Source: Octopus sinensis (lineage: Eukaryota). Taken from it: a stretch of DNA of 64,000 nt. A program made the translations under genes and the position numbers. Location: assembly GCF_006345805.1 (NCBI RefSeq), contig NW_021831284.1, positions 434,001 to 498,000 on the forward strand, in the 5' to 3' direction. Under the pieces are notes generated by a model, which was given only the letters and a program-made list of their open reading frames with translations, was not told the origin of the DNA and did no database searches. Numbering within the stretch: the stretch's first letter is position 1; every line of letters begins with the position of its first letter. Shown one piece after another: positions 36,877 through 51,049 of the stretch.

Positions 36877-38640
36877 TTACCTGTATACCACCTTTCGGTA
36901 AGTGTGAAAGCTCTTTTCTGGGTTGCGGAGATTTGTATTCGAAATCAGTGGCCCCCATGAGGCACAAACATATGAGATACATGGTTCGATATACTGTGAG
37001 TAGAGTGTTTTAAGTATAGGGTGATTTCCCATTTTCCATAGACCAGTTAGGCATTTCAGGAGGTTGATTTTCTTTTCACATTTGTTCAGCACATTTGTGA
37101 CATGTTTAGAGAAGTTCATGTGCGTGTCATAAGTTAATCCCAATATCTTTTGCCATTTGCTGAAAGGTAATACTCTTCCCTCCACAACAACTCCGATTGA
37201 AGTTTTCGATAGTCTTTTGGCTGAGGAGTAGAGAGTTGTGACAGATTTTTCTGTGTTGATCGACATCCGGTTTACGTTAAACCACTCAACTAGGTGATCC
37301 AGGTTTTGTTGTAATCTTCCTTTTGCTGTTTGGATGTTCTGGTCCCGTGATGCCAATACAATGTCATCTGCATAGGCCAGAAGCAGATCGTCATCGCCAT
37401 TAGGCGTCGGAATATCGGCCGTAAACAAATTGAATAAGAAAGGTGATAATGGTGAGCCCTGGGGTACACCATTTGGGAATAGACGGGAAATGGAACGAAT
37501 GTTTCCAAAGCATACTCTTCCTCTTCGACTGCTGAGGAAGTTAGTCAACCAGAGCTTGAGGTCTTCAGAGATGTTTGATTGGTGGATTTTCCATGCTAGG
37601 TTTTTTCTAGGCACAGCGTCGAAGGCTTTGTGGATGTCCAGGGAACAAAGTACAGTTTTCTGATGTCTTGGCTTGCACGAAATGCCAGAACGGATAAAGA
37701 TAGTCAAGGAGCTAAGGAAGCTTGCAGTGGAACAATCTTTTTTGAATCCATGTTGGAAAGCCTTGTTGGGAATGCTGTTAATGATTTTTGTGAGGATGAG
37801 TTTTTCCAGAGTTTTTGACATTGAACATAATAGGGAAATTGGCCTGAAGGAGGCCGGGTCTTGTTTTGGTTTTCCACTCTTCAAAATTGGGCGGATGTTC
37901 GCCAATTTCCAAATCGTTGGGATTGAGTTGTAGCTAATAGACCAATTGTAGATTTTTGTGAGAACACTGATTCCCTCATTCCCTATGTTTTTCAGGAGAA
38001 TTATAGGAATGCCGTCGGGACCATGTGAATATGTTACTTTTGTTTGGCGTAGGGATTCCAATATTTCTTTTTCAGTGAAATGAGTTGAATGTTTACTTTT
38101 CAGCTTTCTTAGCGGCGGATTGGATGGGTCAGTCTTCATACGATCCTTGTGGGAGATTTTCGCGTAGTATTTTATTAAGGCATTTAGATCTTTTTGGCTG
38201 AATTCGTCGTCTCCAGGTGTTTCCTCATTAGCCTTCAAAATGTTCCGAATAGATTTCCAGATCTCGGATGTCGACCGATTACGGTTTAGGGACGTAAGTA
38301 CTTTCCTCCATTTCGCTCTTTGAGTTTTGAATTCACTAACTTTTATTTCGTCGTTCAACAGTTTCAAACGGATCCTTGCTTCGGGGGTTCGGATCCCTAC
38401 TTTTTTAAGACGATTTCTTTCCTTGACAAGAGACTTCCTTCCATAGTTACATGTGTAAGAGGCATGTCTTTGAGGAACAGTCTTAGCTCTTGCTTCTAGA
38501 ATGATCTTGTTGACGTAGGCAACAGCCGCGTCAAGAGAGATGAAGTCTTCCAGTTTTATATTTGCGAATTGTTGGTCAGTGAGCAATCGGAATAGTTGCC
38601 AATTTGCCAGATTGTATATGTAGACACGTTTCTTCTTTTT
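36877..38640 (-). mobile_element. jockey/I-group LINE reverse transcriptase, long uninterrupted ORF, truncated at both ends
   Basis: 569-aa ORF: GPDGIP, FRPISLLCSMSKTLEK, QHGFKK, LDIHKAFD, PQGSPLSPFLFN, AYADD and ILGLTYD. Confidence 0.93.
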
Positions 38641-38799
38641 TCTTGTAATTTCTCTTTTGATTTTTAACTTTCTCCCTCTTTTTTCGGCTTTTCCGTTAAT
38701 AAAAATTCATTCATTCATTTCATTCATTTTTAGCAAATTGTTAAAAAAAGAGAGCGAAGAAGAAATTTAATTTCTAGCGCTTAATCAAATTCACACAAG

Positions 38800-40710
38800 G
38801 AAAACATGCCCTCTCTCACATGCCACCGGCATCTCGTCCAAAAAATCTGTCCTATCCTTTCGGGATCAAGCTAACATCTTAATTCGTCATTATGCAAAAA
38901 TTAGTCACCTTCCTACCCCAAAGGATCTCTGTTTCATAAGAAAATCTCATTATAATTCTAATTTCAATTCTACACACTCTATTAACATCCCAGAATCACT
39001 TACCAAGCAGCTTGTTGTTAACTCGCGGAATTCTAACGCCAGAGGTCTGGATGGTCTTGACATCCACCATCTAAAAAATCTGGGTCCAAATGGCTTTCTG
39101 GGTCTGACTAATTTAATCGAACACTTGATCAACCATGGTTTGGTTCCTATGCTTTGGAAAAAATCTACCATCATCCCATTTCGAAAAACCAAATTGAGAT
39201 ACCTCTGACCCTTCTTCTTTTCGACCTATTTCTTTGATCTCAGTGGTTTCAAAAATAACAGAACGGGTAGTATCGTAAAACCTTTCCTCCCATTTGCTGA
39301 ATCTCAACACAGTTTTCGTTCTTTGCCATCCACTTCCACCCATCTCTCAAGACTGACACAATTCATTGCGGATGGGTTTAACAATTATAATCCTTCTCAA
39401 AGAACAGTTATTGCATCCATCGACATTGAAAAGCATTTGACAGAACGTCAAGACATGTTCTGTGTAGGAAAATAATCGATACGGAATTTCCTCATCAAAT
39501 AAAGTCATGGTTACTCTCTTTTCTTTCTGGGCGTCTTGGTCGCACGACAATCATGTCCTCTTACTCACGTTACAAATACCTAACGGGGTTCCCCAAGGCT
39601 CGGTTCTTTCACCTGCCTTATTTAACTTACATCTGTCCAGTATCCCGACGAACAATAATACTCTACTTCTATTCTACGCTGATGACATAATTATTGCCTC
39701 TCGCAACCAAAACATTGACATCTCTTCTGAATCTCTGCAGGAACATTTGAACACTATCGTCATGGCTGAAATGCAATCTTATTCAACCTTCCCCATCCAA
39801 ATCATCTGTTACTCTATTCACAACTGACCGCCGTCAGTTCAACTTAGAGCCTAAACTAATCCTAGACAACATTCCACTCCCAGTTGAAAAATCCCCCAAA
39901 ATCCCTGGTCTGTTTATCTTTCTCGAAACATGTTTATACATCTGTAGAAAATGCCAGAAAAAACTCAATGTGCTTCGGGCTATTGCGGGGACGTCATTTG
40001 GGCAGGATAAGAAGAGTCTAATAACTGTATACAAGCAGTTTATCAGAACAACTATGAACTACGCTGTCCCTGCTTGGGGCTCTTGCTTATCTATTGCAAA
40101 ACTTGAAAAACTTCAGAGAACTTAAAATTCAGCATTATGAATTATTACGGGCTGTCTAAAAACGACACATAGTGACCACTTACATTGGGGATCAAAAATC
40201 CTTCCTATCAGAGACCATTTAGAAATGCTCGGGCTACAATTTCTTGAAAAATGCCGAACGCAAAATCACCCCGCCTACTTTATTTGGCACTTCTCTAATA
40301 ACAGGAAAATAATTCCGACCCTTGCGGAAAAAATCCGCATGCATGAACCATTTCCTCCGGACAATAACCAGAGGAAAGTTCACGACTTGATAGCTACGAA
40401 GGCAATCAGATTTCTTGGAATAAACAAGCTTCTGGGAAGCATTCCGCCACCAATAAACAAAAACGAATCCTCCCTCTCGAGAGAAGCCCGAGTGAACTTG
40501 GCCATTGGGCTACGCAATTATCGTCGAAGAATAGGCCTTGCCGAATCCACACATTCCCACTCTCTCAGTGTTTTTTCTCGTGTCCTGGCCCACCTCCTGC
40601 TTCATCAAAACACCGGATCGCGATTGGGGATCTCTGGGAGCGTCGGACATTGACAATTTCGTTCTTGTTAGCCACCGGTTTCCTTCAATTGAGGAGGCCG
40701 GGGGTAAATA
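38800..40710 (+). mobile_element. Degenerate jockey/I-group LINE RT with 3' end
   Basis: GLDGLDIHHLK, FRPISLISVVSKITE, PQGSVLSPALFN and FYADD, with many frameshifts. Confidence 0.85.
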
Positions 40711-41043
40711 AATAGCGTTTAATCAATTGCACTACAATCAAAATAAACTATAAAAAAGAGTAACCAATGATTCGCCTACCTCAGAATTAATTAAAAATAA
40801 TTAACTTGCTTGTTCTCTGCTTATGGAAACGCAAAAGTGCTCTTAACTAACCATTAACTAATTCACCACTAATAATTTCGAATCTAAGAATAATTAATGC
40901 AGGGCTTAAATAATATTAATGCCATGCTTTAACTGTATTGAAAAATAAATAATCCCCAAATGCCATCAATATATAATACCTAAAGAATAAACAATTATTA
41001 GAAAAAAACTGAAAACCAAATCAAAAAAAGTAATTAAACAAAA

Positions 41044-42461
<1,418 letters not shown>

Positions 42462-43319
42462 GTTATGTTAATTACATGCTGCTCAATGTGTGCGGTATTT
42501 TATTTATTTGGGTTAACCATAATTGATAAATGTATAAATCTAATAAAAAATTGATAAGTATTATAAGAAATATTTTACTCAAGCTGATTATAAAGTCTTT
42601 TTAATTAAAGCAGTCTGAAATACAAAGACTTTTCTTCAGTCCCTGGCTCGCCGGCGACCAATCTAAGCACCAGTATTTAGTCGAATGAGTCTCTCTAGCT
42701 ATAGTCGGGAATAATGTCCTGGCTATCTACCAATAAGCACTTTCCTTTTATGTCAAACTAATCAAATAATCTATATTCTATAATAAAAATAAAGTTTGAG
42801 AGGGAAATTTTGTGGTCGCTATCAATGATAGAATACAGTCACAATATCATAAAGCAATCTTCTCTGTTCATTTCATTATGAGTTTTATTAATTTGAAAAG
42901 ATCGACCCTTTAAATTTTTCAAAAAAACGTCTAAAATTCACATTCTGTCAAAGACTAATATTTAAAATGAACAAATAGACAACTATTCTGTAAATGATCA
43001 TATTTAGTCAATTTCTTTAGGATTTAGGTTTAAATTACAAAAAAACATAACTAAAGGGTTAACTGGTTAATTATAAAATCCTATAACTAAATTCATGTTT
43101 CAGGGAATGCTTAAAATGATAATTAATTACTTGGATTCATAGAATATAATTCTTATATATGCTTTTTGGGCAAGAATAACTTTACATAACAGAGCTGAGT
43201 GAAAAAACTTGTCCGAATACCCTCCATTCTAGATTTCTTGAAAAAAAGCAGTTTATTGTAAGTTTTTTTATTTAACCCAAGAATCATCAACAGTAAATTA
43301 GAGTAATTAATTAGGTGAT

Positions 43320-44030
43320 TCCAACAATCATGAAGATCTTTCTCAGCTTTTCCCGATGTTGGACTCTGAACCCAACGCAAGTGGGGAACGGACGGGGAAC
43401 AGTTTTCGTAAGGAATTGAATCGGGGTGATGTGCTTCTGGTTGCTAATTGACATATGATAATCTTTTGACAGTTGGTCCTGTTAATGGCTAAGAATCCCT
43501 TTCCATCTTTTTTAATTAGGTGGTCAAGCGGACTTGGAATAATATTATTCAAATTGGAAATTTGCATTATGCTAGCCGCAGCTCGGCATAGTGTAGTCTC
43601 AGTTTTAAGGCGATTGGACCATGAGAGATTATCTGGCGGCACAAAGGGGATGTAGACTCTTCACATTAACCATACCTTCTCATCGACACCAATGGGACGT
43701 GCAGATATCAAGACCCAACTGAGTGCAACTTCAATCTGGTGGGTCTTGTCATCCAATAACAAGCCTGTTGATGGCGTCGAGAAGGCGTCGAGGCAGGACT
43801 CACTGTGTTCGTGTGCTGCGGAAACCAAACACGTTAGGCGATGTTTGTCCAATAGCGGTTGTAGCATGGAAAATGAGTGTGTTGCCCAGATCTCGTCCCA
43901 ATCCCCTTGTCTGGACACCAGATGGGCTCTTAAGCCAGATGGACTGAGGGAGTAGCGGAAGAATGTGGCTTCGGATATGTTGTTAGTCTGAACTCCGGGG
44001 ATGAGATCGGTTACTGATTTTTTCCTCATC
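43320..44030 (-). mobile_element. CRE-like retroelement fragments
   Basis: AAHEHSESCLDAFSTPSTGLLLDDKT..I.VAL resembles the CRE RT-RLE linker. Confidence 0.6.
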
Positions 44031-44219
44031 TTTTCTGGGTTTGTAGACTTTAGAGAAAGCGCAGTCCGGCCCTTCTCGTCAACTAAATGGCAGTAAAAAA
44101 CTGGATCGCGAGCAACGAGATACTCTCCAAAGTTTTTTTGAGAAAAGTTGACTGCATATAAGCTTGTAGAGACTTATCTGCACCCAGCTGTTATAAGTAC
44201 CCGTTTTAATATTTAGTGA

Positions 44220-44640
44220 TCAGTCCATCTTATGTCATCACACACGGAACATGGACTTAACACTCGTGCATTAGCCCTAGCTCATACCTCCTCCTTTTTT
44301 CCACTTCCACTGTCTGCAATAGACACTTGCTGCCAATTTCCATGATAACAATCTCTTTGGTGATCTTATCGTGAATCACAATATCGGGTTTGTTGTGCTG
44401 GACAACAATCAAGGTGCACACCTTTAAGTTCTCACACAACGATTGAACTCAATTGGTTCCCTACTTTTTTGACCGCCTCAGTCCATACTTTTTGCAGAGC
44501 AGAAATGCCTTTATGTGTAATCATGGTATAGCATACCCTCGCATTTTGTGGCTAAATGTTCATCGCCTTACCTTTACAGTGGTTACACTGTTTCGGTTGA
44601 TCATTGAAAAAAATTCTATCCTTAAAATATAAAAATAACT
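44220..44640 (-). mobile_element. R4/Dong-like RLE fragment
   Basis: VQHNKPDIVIHDKITKEIVIMEIG...VEVEKRRRY. Confidence 0.7.
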
Positions 44641-44899
44641 CTTGATTGAGAAGAGTTACTCCCATACTTCAACCACGTTGATGACGACAATACGTCAATG
44701 TACGTGTTACCCAGGCTGCTAAAGAAAGTCTTGTGAATGACCTTAAAGTTGATCTTTTTTATTGGGGATTTCTACTAAAGTTTGATCTACTTTTTCGCAT
44801 TAACTTGGGTAGTTAAATAAAATTTTTGTCTATTTTATAAAATTGTTTTGCCATAAATCATAAAACTATATCATTTTTACATCGAATACTTCTCAACTA

Positions 44900-45350
44900 A
44901 ATAAAACAAAATATTTATTGTTGAGTTTAGTTGTTGTTAAATAATAAAAATGAAGTTTTATAAAGAAATTTTCAAAAACCATGTGTTAGTTAGCAGTTTA
45001 TGTGACCTTATCCGAACCTATTTAAACAATTTACGTTTCCAAATAATGTCGCTATTGCAGATATTATTACGAAATTTAAAAGTACATGTTTCACAATTGA
45101 ACAAGCATATGATGGTTTAGAATTGTTAGAATTTGAAAATGAAAACAAAGAATACACAAATAAATGGCTTCAAAAATGATATTTCAAACATATTAAAATG
45201 ACCAATTCAAACATATCTCCTGCCGAGTATTCATTACTCCTGAATTGTCAGCCAATTTCGTGCTCGTATGAAAGATGTTTCTCTGAGTTAAAGAGTTTTC
45301 TAAGATCCACCGAATTGAAGAACTTTTAAGCTGATTTTTTAATTAGAGAT
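44900..45350 (+). pseudogene. hAT-related (CGGBP1-like) C-terminal remnant
   Basis: ISPAEYSLLLNCQPISCSYERCFSELK. Confidence 0.5.
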
Positions 45351-46043
45351 TCCCTTTGAATTTTGGGTAGCACACACCACAACACTAATCTTAAATATAA
45401 TGCTCATAATGTTAATTAATCGAGAAAAACCTTAAATAATAATTAAAAATATCCATAAAAGGATACATGCCGCCTACTGAAGATTCACATGGAAAAAAAT
45501 AAATTATTTCATTTTCAAAAAGTCAAAAAAATCTCATTGATGACAAAATAATTAATTATGACGATCTTACACCAAATACATTTAATACTATATTTGATTA
45601 TATTTCGAAACAATTTGAAGAGCGATTTAACGAATTTAAAAAAATTGAACTCAAACTTCAATTAACTGCAGGACCACATAGTTTTTCGATTGAGAATGCG
45701 CCATTGGAACTTCAAATTGAATTATTTAAATTAAAAAATGATTTAATTTTGATAAATAAATTTAATGAAAGCGAAGATTTGTTGAATGTATGGAAATCAG
45801 CGACAGATTATCCAAATTTACGTGAAATGGCAAGAAATATTCTTATTTTATTCGGAAGCACATATTTATGTGAGTCTACATTTTCCAAAATGAAATATTT
45901 AAAAAGTCAATATAGATCTCGGATAACGGATGCAAACTTAGAGTCATGCTTGCGCATAATGATATCTACCCTACCAGTAGATTTCAATATGCTCGCAAAA
46001 AATACCAAAGATCCTGGCCGTCATTAGAATAACTTGTATAATA

Positions 46044-48410
46044 TGTGACATGGTTTGCGTGACACCTATGGGCCGCGTGTTACCTGACGTGACCTTGAAG
46101 CTTAACTTAATGTCAATATTGTAATTAATATTAAACTTCAAAGAATAATAACTTGTTAATTATCTTTTAAGTCTGGACATTGGCACAATCGAAATTTCGC
46201 TCATCGAATTTTTTATCCATTAAATTTAAATGTTTAAACTACCTCAACGCGATTGTTTGATAAAATACTGATAATTCTGCAGATGGATAATATGGAGATT
46301 CAACTTATCCAGTCGTAACGAAGGATTTGTTCCAAAGTCTTTTTTAACTCGAACCTAAACACTAATTTTTATGCATACTTTATCACCAACACTAAATTCA
46401 TACTTACTATTGTGAACATTCATTTTTCTGTTCATCGCTTTGTAATAATTAGAATTAGGATCAATGGGGTTGATTTCGAACTGAAATCTTTTCGGACTTG
46501 TAAACGAATAATTACAATCATCTACATATAGAAATTCAAATTACATGATTTTCAATTGGACTCGGACAATTGTTTGCATCATCGACTTGATCAGGACTCA
46601 ACAAATCATTACTTGAATTATCTAAGGAATAATTTTATAATTACAACCATAAAATATTGTATTTATTCCACTTATTCCCCGGTATCTTTCAAAAGGGCTC
46701 TCATTAGAAGATGAGTGGACAGAAATGTTATAACTGTACACTGCATTTTCTAATTTTTCCAGCCACTTTTTATTATCATTGTCGATCATTTTTGCCATTT
46801 TTCTTGTAATTGACTGGTTGAAGCGTTCGACAATCCCTTGTGAGCGGGGATTGTTTGGCCTTGCGTGAATTCGTTTGAATTCCTCACATAGATTGGTCAT
46901 TTCACGATTCTTGAATTCAGTCCCATTATCGGACTGAAGAAATTGACACGGACCATTAAGAAAAATAATGATCTGAGGTTTTCACAAACTTCATTTGAGG
47001 ACTTAGTGTAGAGCGGCCTCGCAAATGCAAATCTATAAAAATTGTTAAAAAAACTAACCTGCTATATACGTCAATGACCGTTAAAATCCATTTAAAATTT
47101 TTATTTATAGTAGAAAAACTTTTCAGATCTATAAGATCTATCTGAAATCTTTCATTTGGGCAAGATGCAAAGACATGGTTATTTATATCTCCAATCTAGG
47201 ATTTAAAAAAGTTAAAACTTTTAAGGGTCGCGCAAATTTACAAATTTCACAGTTTCGAATGACTTTTCGAATAATCTCATTTTTAACTGTGAAATATCGT
47301 TGTCGACATTCATATTCAATTTTGTTAACTCCTCCATGCGAGAAGTCATGCAAACTTTTAGCAACGATCTCCATTTCGGGTTCATTGTCTAGACCAGGGG
47401 TTCTCAACCTTTTTAGCTCAAGGGCCAAATCGATAATTAAGATTAGCTTCGCGGGCCGCACAAAAAATATTTTAATATATTTTTATATTTTTCAAGCCGG
47501 TAACTCGCTTGCAATCCGAAGTGCAGCCACTGCTGATGCGTAATGAGTTTTTGGACTTTTTTTTCTTTTTTTAATTTCCATTTTCTTTATGAAGAAATAA
47601 AAGCTAAAAAATCTACAAAAGGCGTTGTATTTAAAAAGAAAGTACTATTTGTTTATTAAGTTTTTGAAATCTGGAATAAGTTAAAGGAAGGAATTCTTTA
47701 AAAGTCTAAAAATTAAATTTATATAAATGTACCCCAAAACGTGCTTCAAATTGATTAATTAAATCACCAATTATGGATATGTTTAACCTTAAGAATAAAT
47801 AATTAAATTTTAACATTATTAAAAAATTCAAAAAGTTAGTTACTCTAGAGGGGCCGCAAAAAAAATCCTGGGGGCCAGATGCGGCCCCGGGGGCCGCATT
47901 TGAGAACCGCTGGTCTAGACAAATCACTAGCTTGTGATCTGAATTCGCACATTTAAGATACAATCTATACATTTACAATTTGTATGATACCTTTCATTAA
48001 TTACAGTAAAATTTTCAATTTTCTTAACTAGTCTATATTTTTTTTGCTTTGTAAGATGTTCAGGAAATTTATCCTGTAAAGCATCTTTTAAAATTTGATA
48101 TTCCAAACTATTCTTTACATAACCTTTGTACGAGGACATTGCTGCAAAATATACTTGCACGCTAGAAATAACTCAAGAAATTTAGGTTTTCCACCAAAAA
48201 AATTAATTTCTGATAATTAAATTCCTACAAATATAATTTTTTGTCAAAATGAGAGAGTTTTTAGCTAATTTAGTAAATTATTAAATGATAAGAATGAGTC
48301 GCGGTCTAATTAAAAGATTTATAATTTAATCCCATCAATGTCATAATTGCACATTTCAAGGTCATATCACGTATCACGCGGCCCATAGGTATCGCGCAGC
48401 CCATGTCACA
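46044..48410 (-). mobile_element. Ginger2/Tdd-like DNA transposon with intron-containing integrase (ATG 48139)
   Basis: About 57-bp TIRs (TGTGACATGG...GACCTTGAA) and 5-bp TSD TAATA. After splicing and MITE removal: HDFSHGG...CEIC, ERFQIDLID, TVIDVYSRFAF, QSDNGTEF, SQGIVERFNQ, YNISVH...SPFE and FSVGDKVRVKKDF. Confidence 0.88.
47395..47912. mobile_element. hAT non-autonomous element, copy 2 (carries a CRE 3' fragment near 47495-47545)
   Basis: Same termini as 8937-9484; 8-bp TSD GTCTAGAC (47387-47394, 47913-47920). Confidence 0.92.
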
Positions 48411-49149
48411 TAATACACTTCTTTTAATTAATTTTCCTTCTTTCTTATCTTTTGTCCATGAAATAATTATTTATTTTAATAATATGATGTCCCTGATGAA
48501 CGAGAGCATTTCCTGTCCAAGAACTCATTCGGTCTCGATGACAATGAGCAACTTATGCGGTCACTTTTAATAATTAAAAAAATTACTATATTAATATCGA
48601 AAAAATAATGCAGAAAATGTGCGGCCGTGGAAGAGAAGGAAAAAAAATGCTATGCGGCCGCAAACCCAAAAAGCTTGCGCACCCCTGTTCTAAAGCTTTC
48701 TTTCGCGAATCACCAATTGGATGTTTTGTTTGCAAAATTTGAGTGTTTTGTATTAAAGTTACATTTTGTTTCTAAATTTAACTTTTTGTTTTGATTTAAA
48801 GTTTACTTGGGTAGTACCCAGACCATACTTAGCCGACACATGACATTTGTTCGAATTAAGTAGTAAGGACTCTACTCAGCGGTTCTAGGAAGATGACAAA
48901 CAGCAATGGAGACATGCTGTCGCCCTTTTCTAGCTTAACTCTTTTCTAGCTTAATAGAATAAATCACTTGCTGCCACAAATTCGTTGGCTTTGTAGTTCC
49001 GATTTAGGCAGTGCAAGGGTTTCAACGTCAATCGCTGTAGGTTCTCTAACGGTCATGAACTTCCTTAAAGTTTGACCGTTGAAAATAAGATTTATTATCA
49101 AATCCAAATTAGAAAACTAATTAAAGTGGGAAAATATTTTATTATGATA

Positions 49150-49620
49150 ATTTTGCTTCCAGTTTCCTCCTTTTTGCTTCCGATCGCCTTCTTTTGCCAG
49201 ACTCATGGGCCAGGATACAGCGTCTGTGTCTTCAAGGGGTTCCTATAATGACTTATAGTAGCTGCTTCCTCTACTCAGTCGTTCATTGATTGCATGATTC
49301 GCCGCCGTAGTCAAGAGTTTGTATTCCGGACGCATGCTTTCTAATGTCTTTTTAATCACGATCGTCTGGACATAGGCACGAGTTGAATTTTGGGTTTATG
49401 GGAGTTTTGGTAGTGCTTGTAAAATTTGGATACTATTCCATCTCATGTGAGAACCAGTGGTACGACGTTTACATTTGTATTGTGGATTAACTTCATTTTG
49501 CTTGCTAAGATATCGTATTTATGTAATTTCTAGACTTTAGATTCTTCAAAAATTGTTGAAAAGTAATCCCAACTTCGATGAGCGTAATGATGTTCCGGAC
49601 TTTGTCGGAGACAAAAATGC
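49150..49620 (-). mobile_element. R4/Dong-like RLE fragment
   Basis: IITLIEVGIT...KYDILASK...VVPLVLT.DGIVSK. Confidence 0.65.
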
Positions 49621-50032
49621 CCGGTTTATTATTATTGACTTTAGTATCCGTCTTGATCGTCTAACATAAATAAACTTAAAAATTGATTTTTGACTGCATC
49701 AAGTATTCATATCTTTTAATCCATTTTCATATACTCCCAATTTCTGTACGTGCTTTAAATAAACTTTTGGAACTTTTACAGAATCTCCAGAGGTTACGAT
49801 TGTGATCGGTACTTTTGACCCGTCAGGACCGCTAACTCTGCAAACTCTACTTACGCTCGATGCCTAAAAAATGTAATTTTTGAGGTTTGCTAAATAGGGT
49901 TTACATTACTCTATCTTATTAAATATAAAAAGCATAAATCTATGTTTTGATTAATTAAATAAACATTTTATAATCCCTATTAATTTTTAATAAGAAAATT
50001 GCCAAGCCTATGTTACCAACATATTGTTAAAT

Positions 50033-50614
50033 TTTTTTTTTTTTAATACTCCTTCTTTTATTGTTGATAAAGGAATTCATGCACAACTTGAGAATGAGAT
50101 AAAATAGCTAATTAAGTGTCAGCAGTGGCTGCACCTCGGATTGCAAGCGAGTTACCTCGCAAGATTGCGATCGATATCCTCTGGTACAGCCAGCCGATTT
50201 GGCGGTGGTCCTTCGTGCACTTGTGGATGCACTTCCCAATTTCGGTCAGAAGCGACACTCCAGCCGTCCCTATAACTCCACTTGTCTCCACAGCAATCGG
50301 GACAAAGTGGTAATTTGATGGGAGAGAGGCGTATTTCTTCCGCTTCGTCTCCTCAGCCCGACGGGAAGCGAAGCCGGGGGAGGACGCAGACTGAGCAACG
50401 GTCCCGGGGGCAAAGGTGTCCGCGCAGGTAACATCCCAAACGAGACATTTCCCCTCCGAGAATGGAAAGACCGTCATTCCGTCTGGACGCTTGCCGTCGC
50501 CACGGTCGAGGCCGGCAGGCTCCAGAACAGAAGGGAAGCCTGCGGCATTGAGGGCCTGTTTAACGACGTGGTTCAGGCCAGCGTGCCTCGGGATACGCCC
50601 GGTGCTTAAGCGGC
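50033..50614 (-). mobile_element. 5'-truncated CRE-like insertion with poly(A) and 10-bp TSD
   Basis: GKRPDGMTVFPFSEGKCLVWDVTCADT...KRKKY...FVPIAVETSG...QRISIAILRGNS. T-run near 50033-50044; TSD ATTGTTAAAT (50023-50032, 50615-50624). Confidence 0.88.
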
Positions 50615-51049
50615 ATTGTTAAATAGTATGGAGATACTAGCTATGACTAAAATCGAATTTCTTAATCTTTTTAACATCAACTTATCAGAAGACTCTCTAT
50701 GCAAGCTTTAACTACTACTTTGACATTATAGATTTGGCTAAAATTTTAGTTGTTTTTTCAGAGAAAAAAATTGCTACCTTAACTATTTTGGAAAATTTAT
50801 TGTATTTCCAATAATGACATGAATTGTTTACTGTGAAAAGCATTGAGATTTTCAACACATTTCTGATTCAGTTTCTACGTTGCAGAATTGTACAATAAGA
50901 TGGGCAGGATTAAAACATTTTACAAACGTATTTTTACAGGATTTGAGAGATGCGTGTAACTCAGCCATGTCGATTTTAGCCTTTTCACTGCTAATGTCAA
51001 CAAAATTTTTCTTCGTTAAACATTTTCCCAGTCATTACTCACATCACTA

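Larger units (their letters stand above)
45440..48687 (+). mobile_element. 5'-truncated Buster-type hAT, interrupted by the Ginger-like element
   Basis: ORF 45704-46027 has FGSTYLCESTFSKMKYLKSQYRSRITDANLE. The 3' arm resumes at 48411 and ends GCTTGCGCACCCCTG, followed by TTCTAAAG. Confidence 0.75.
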
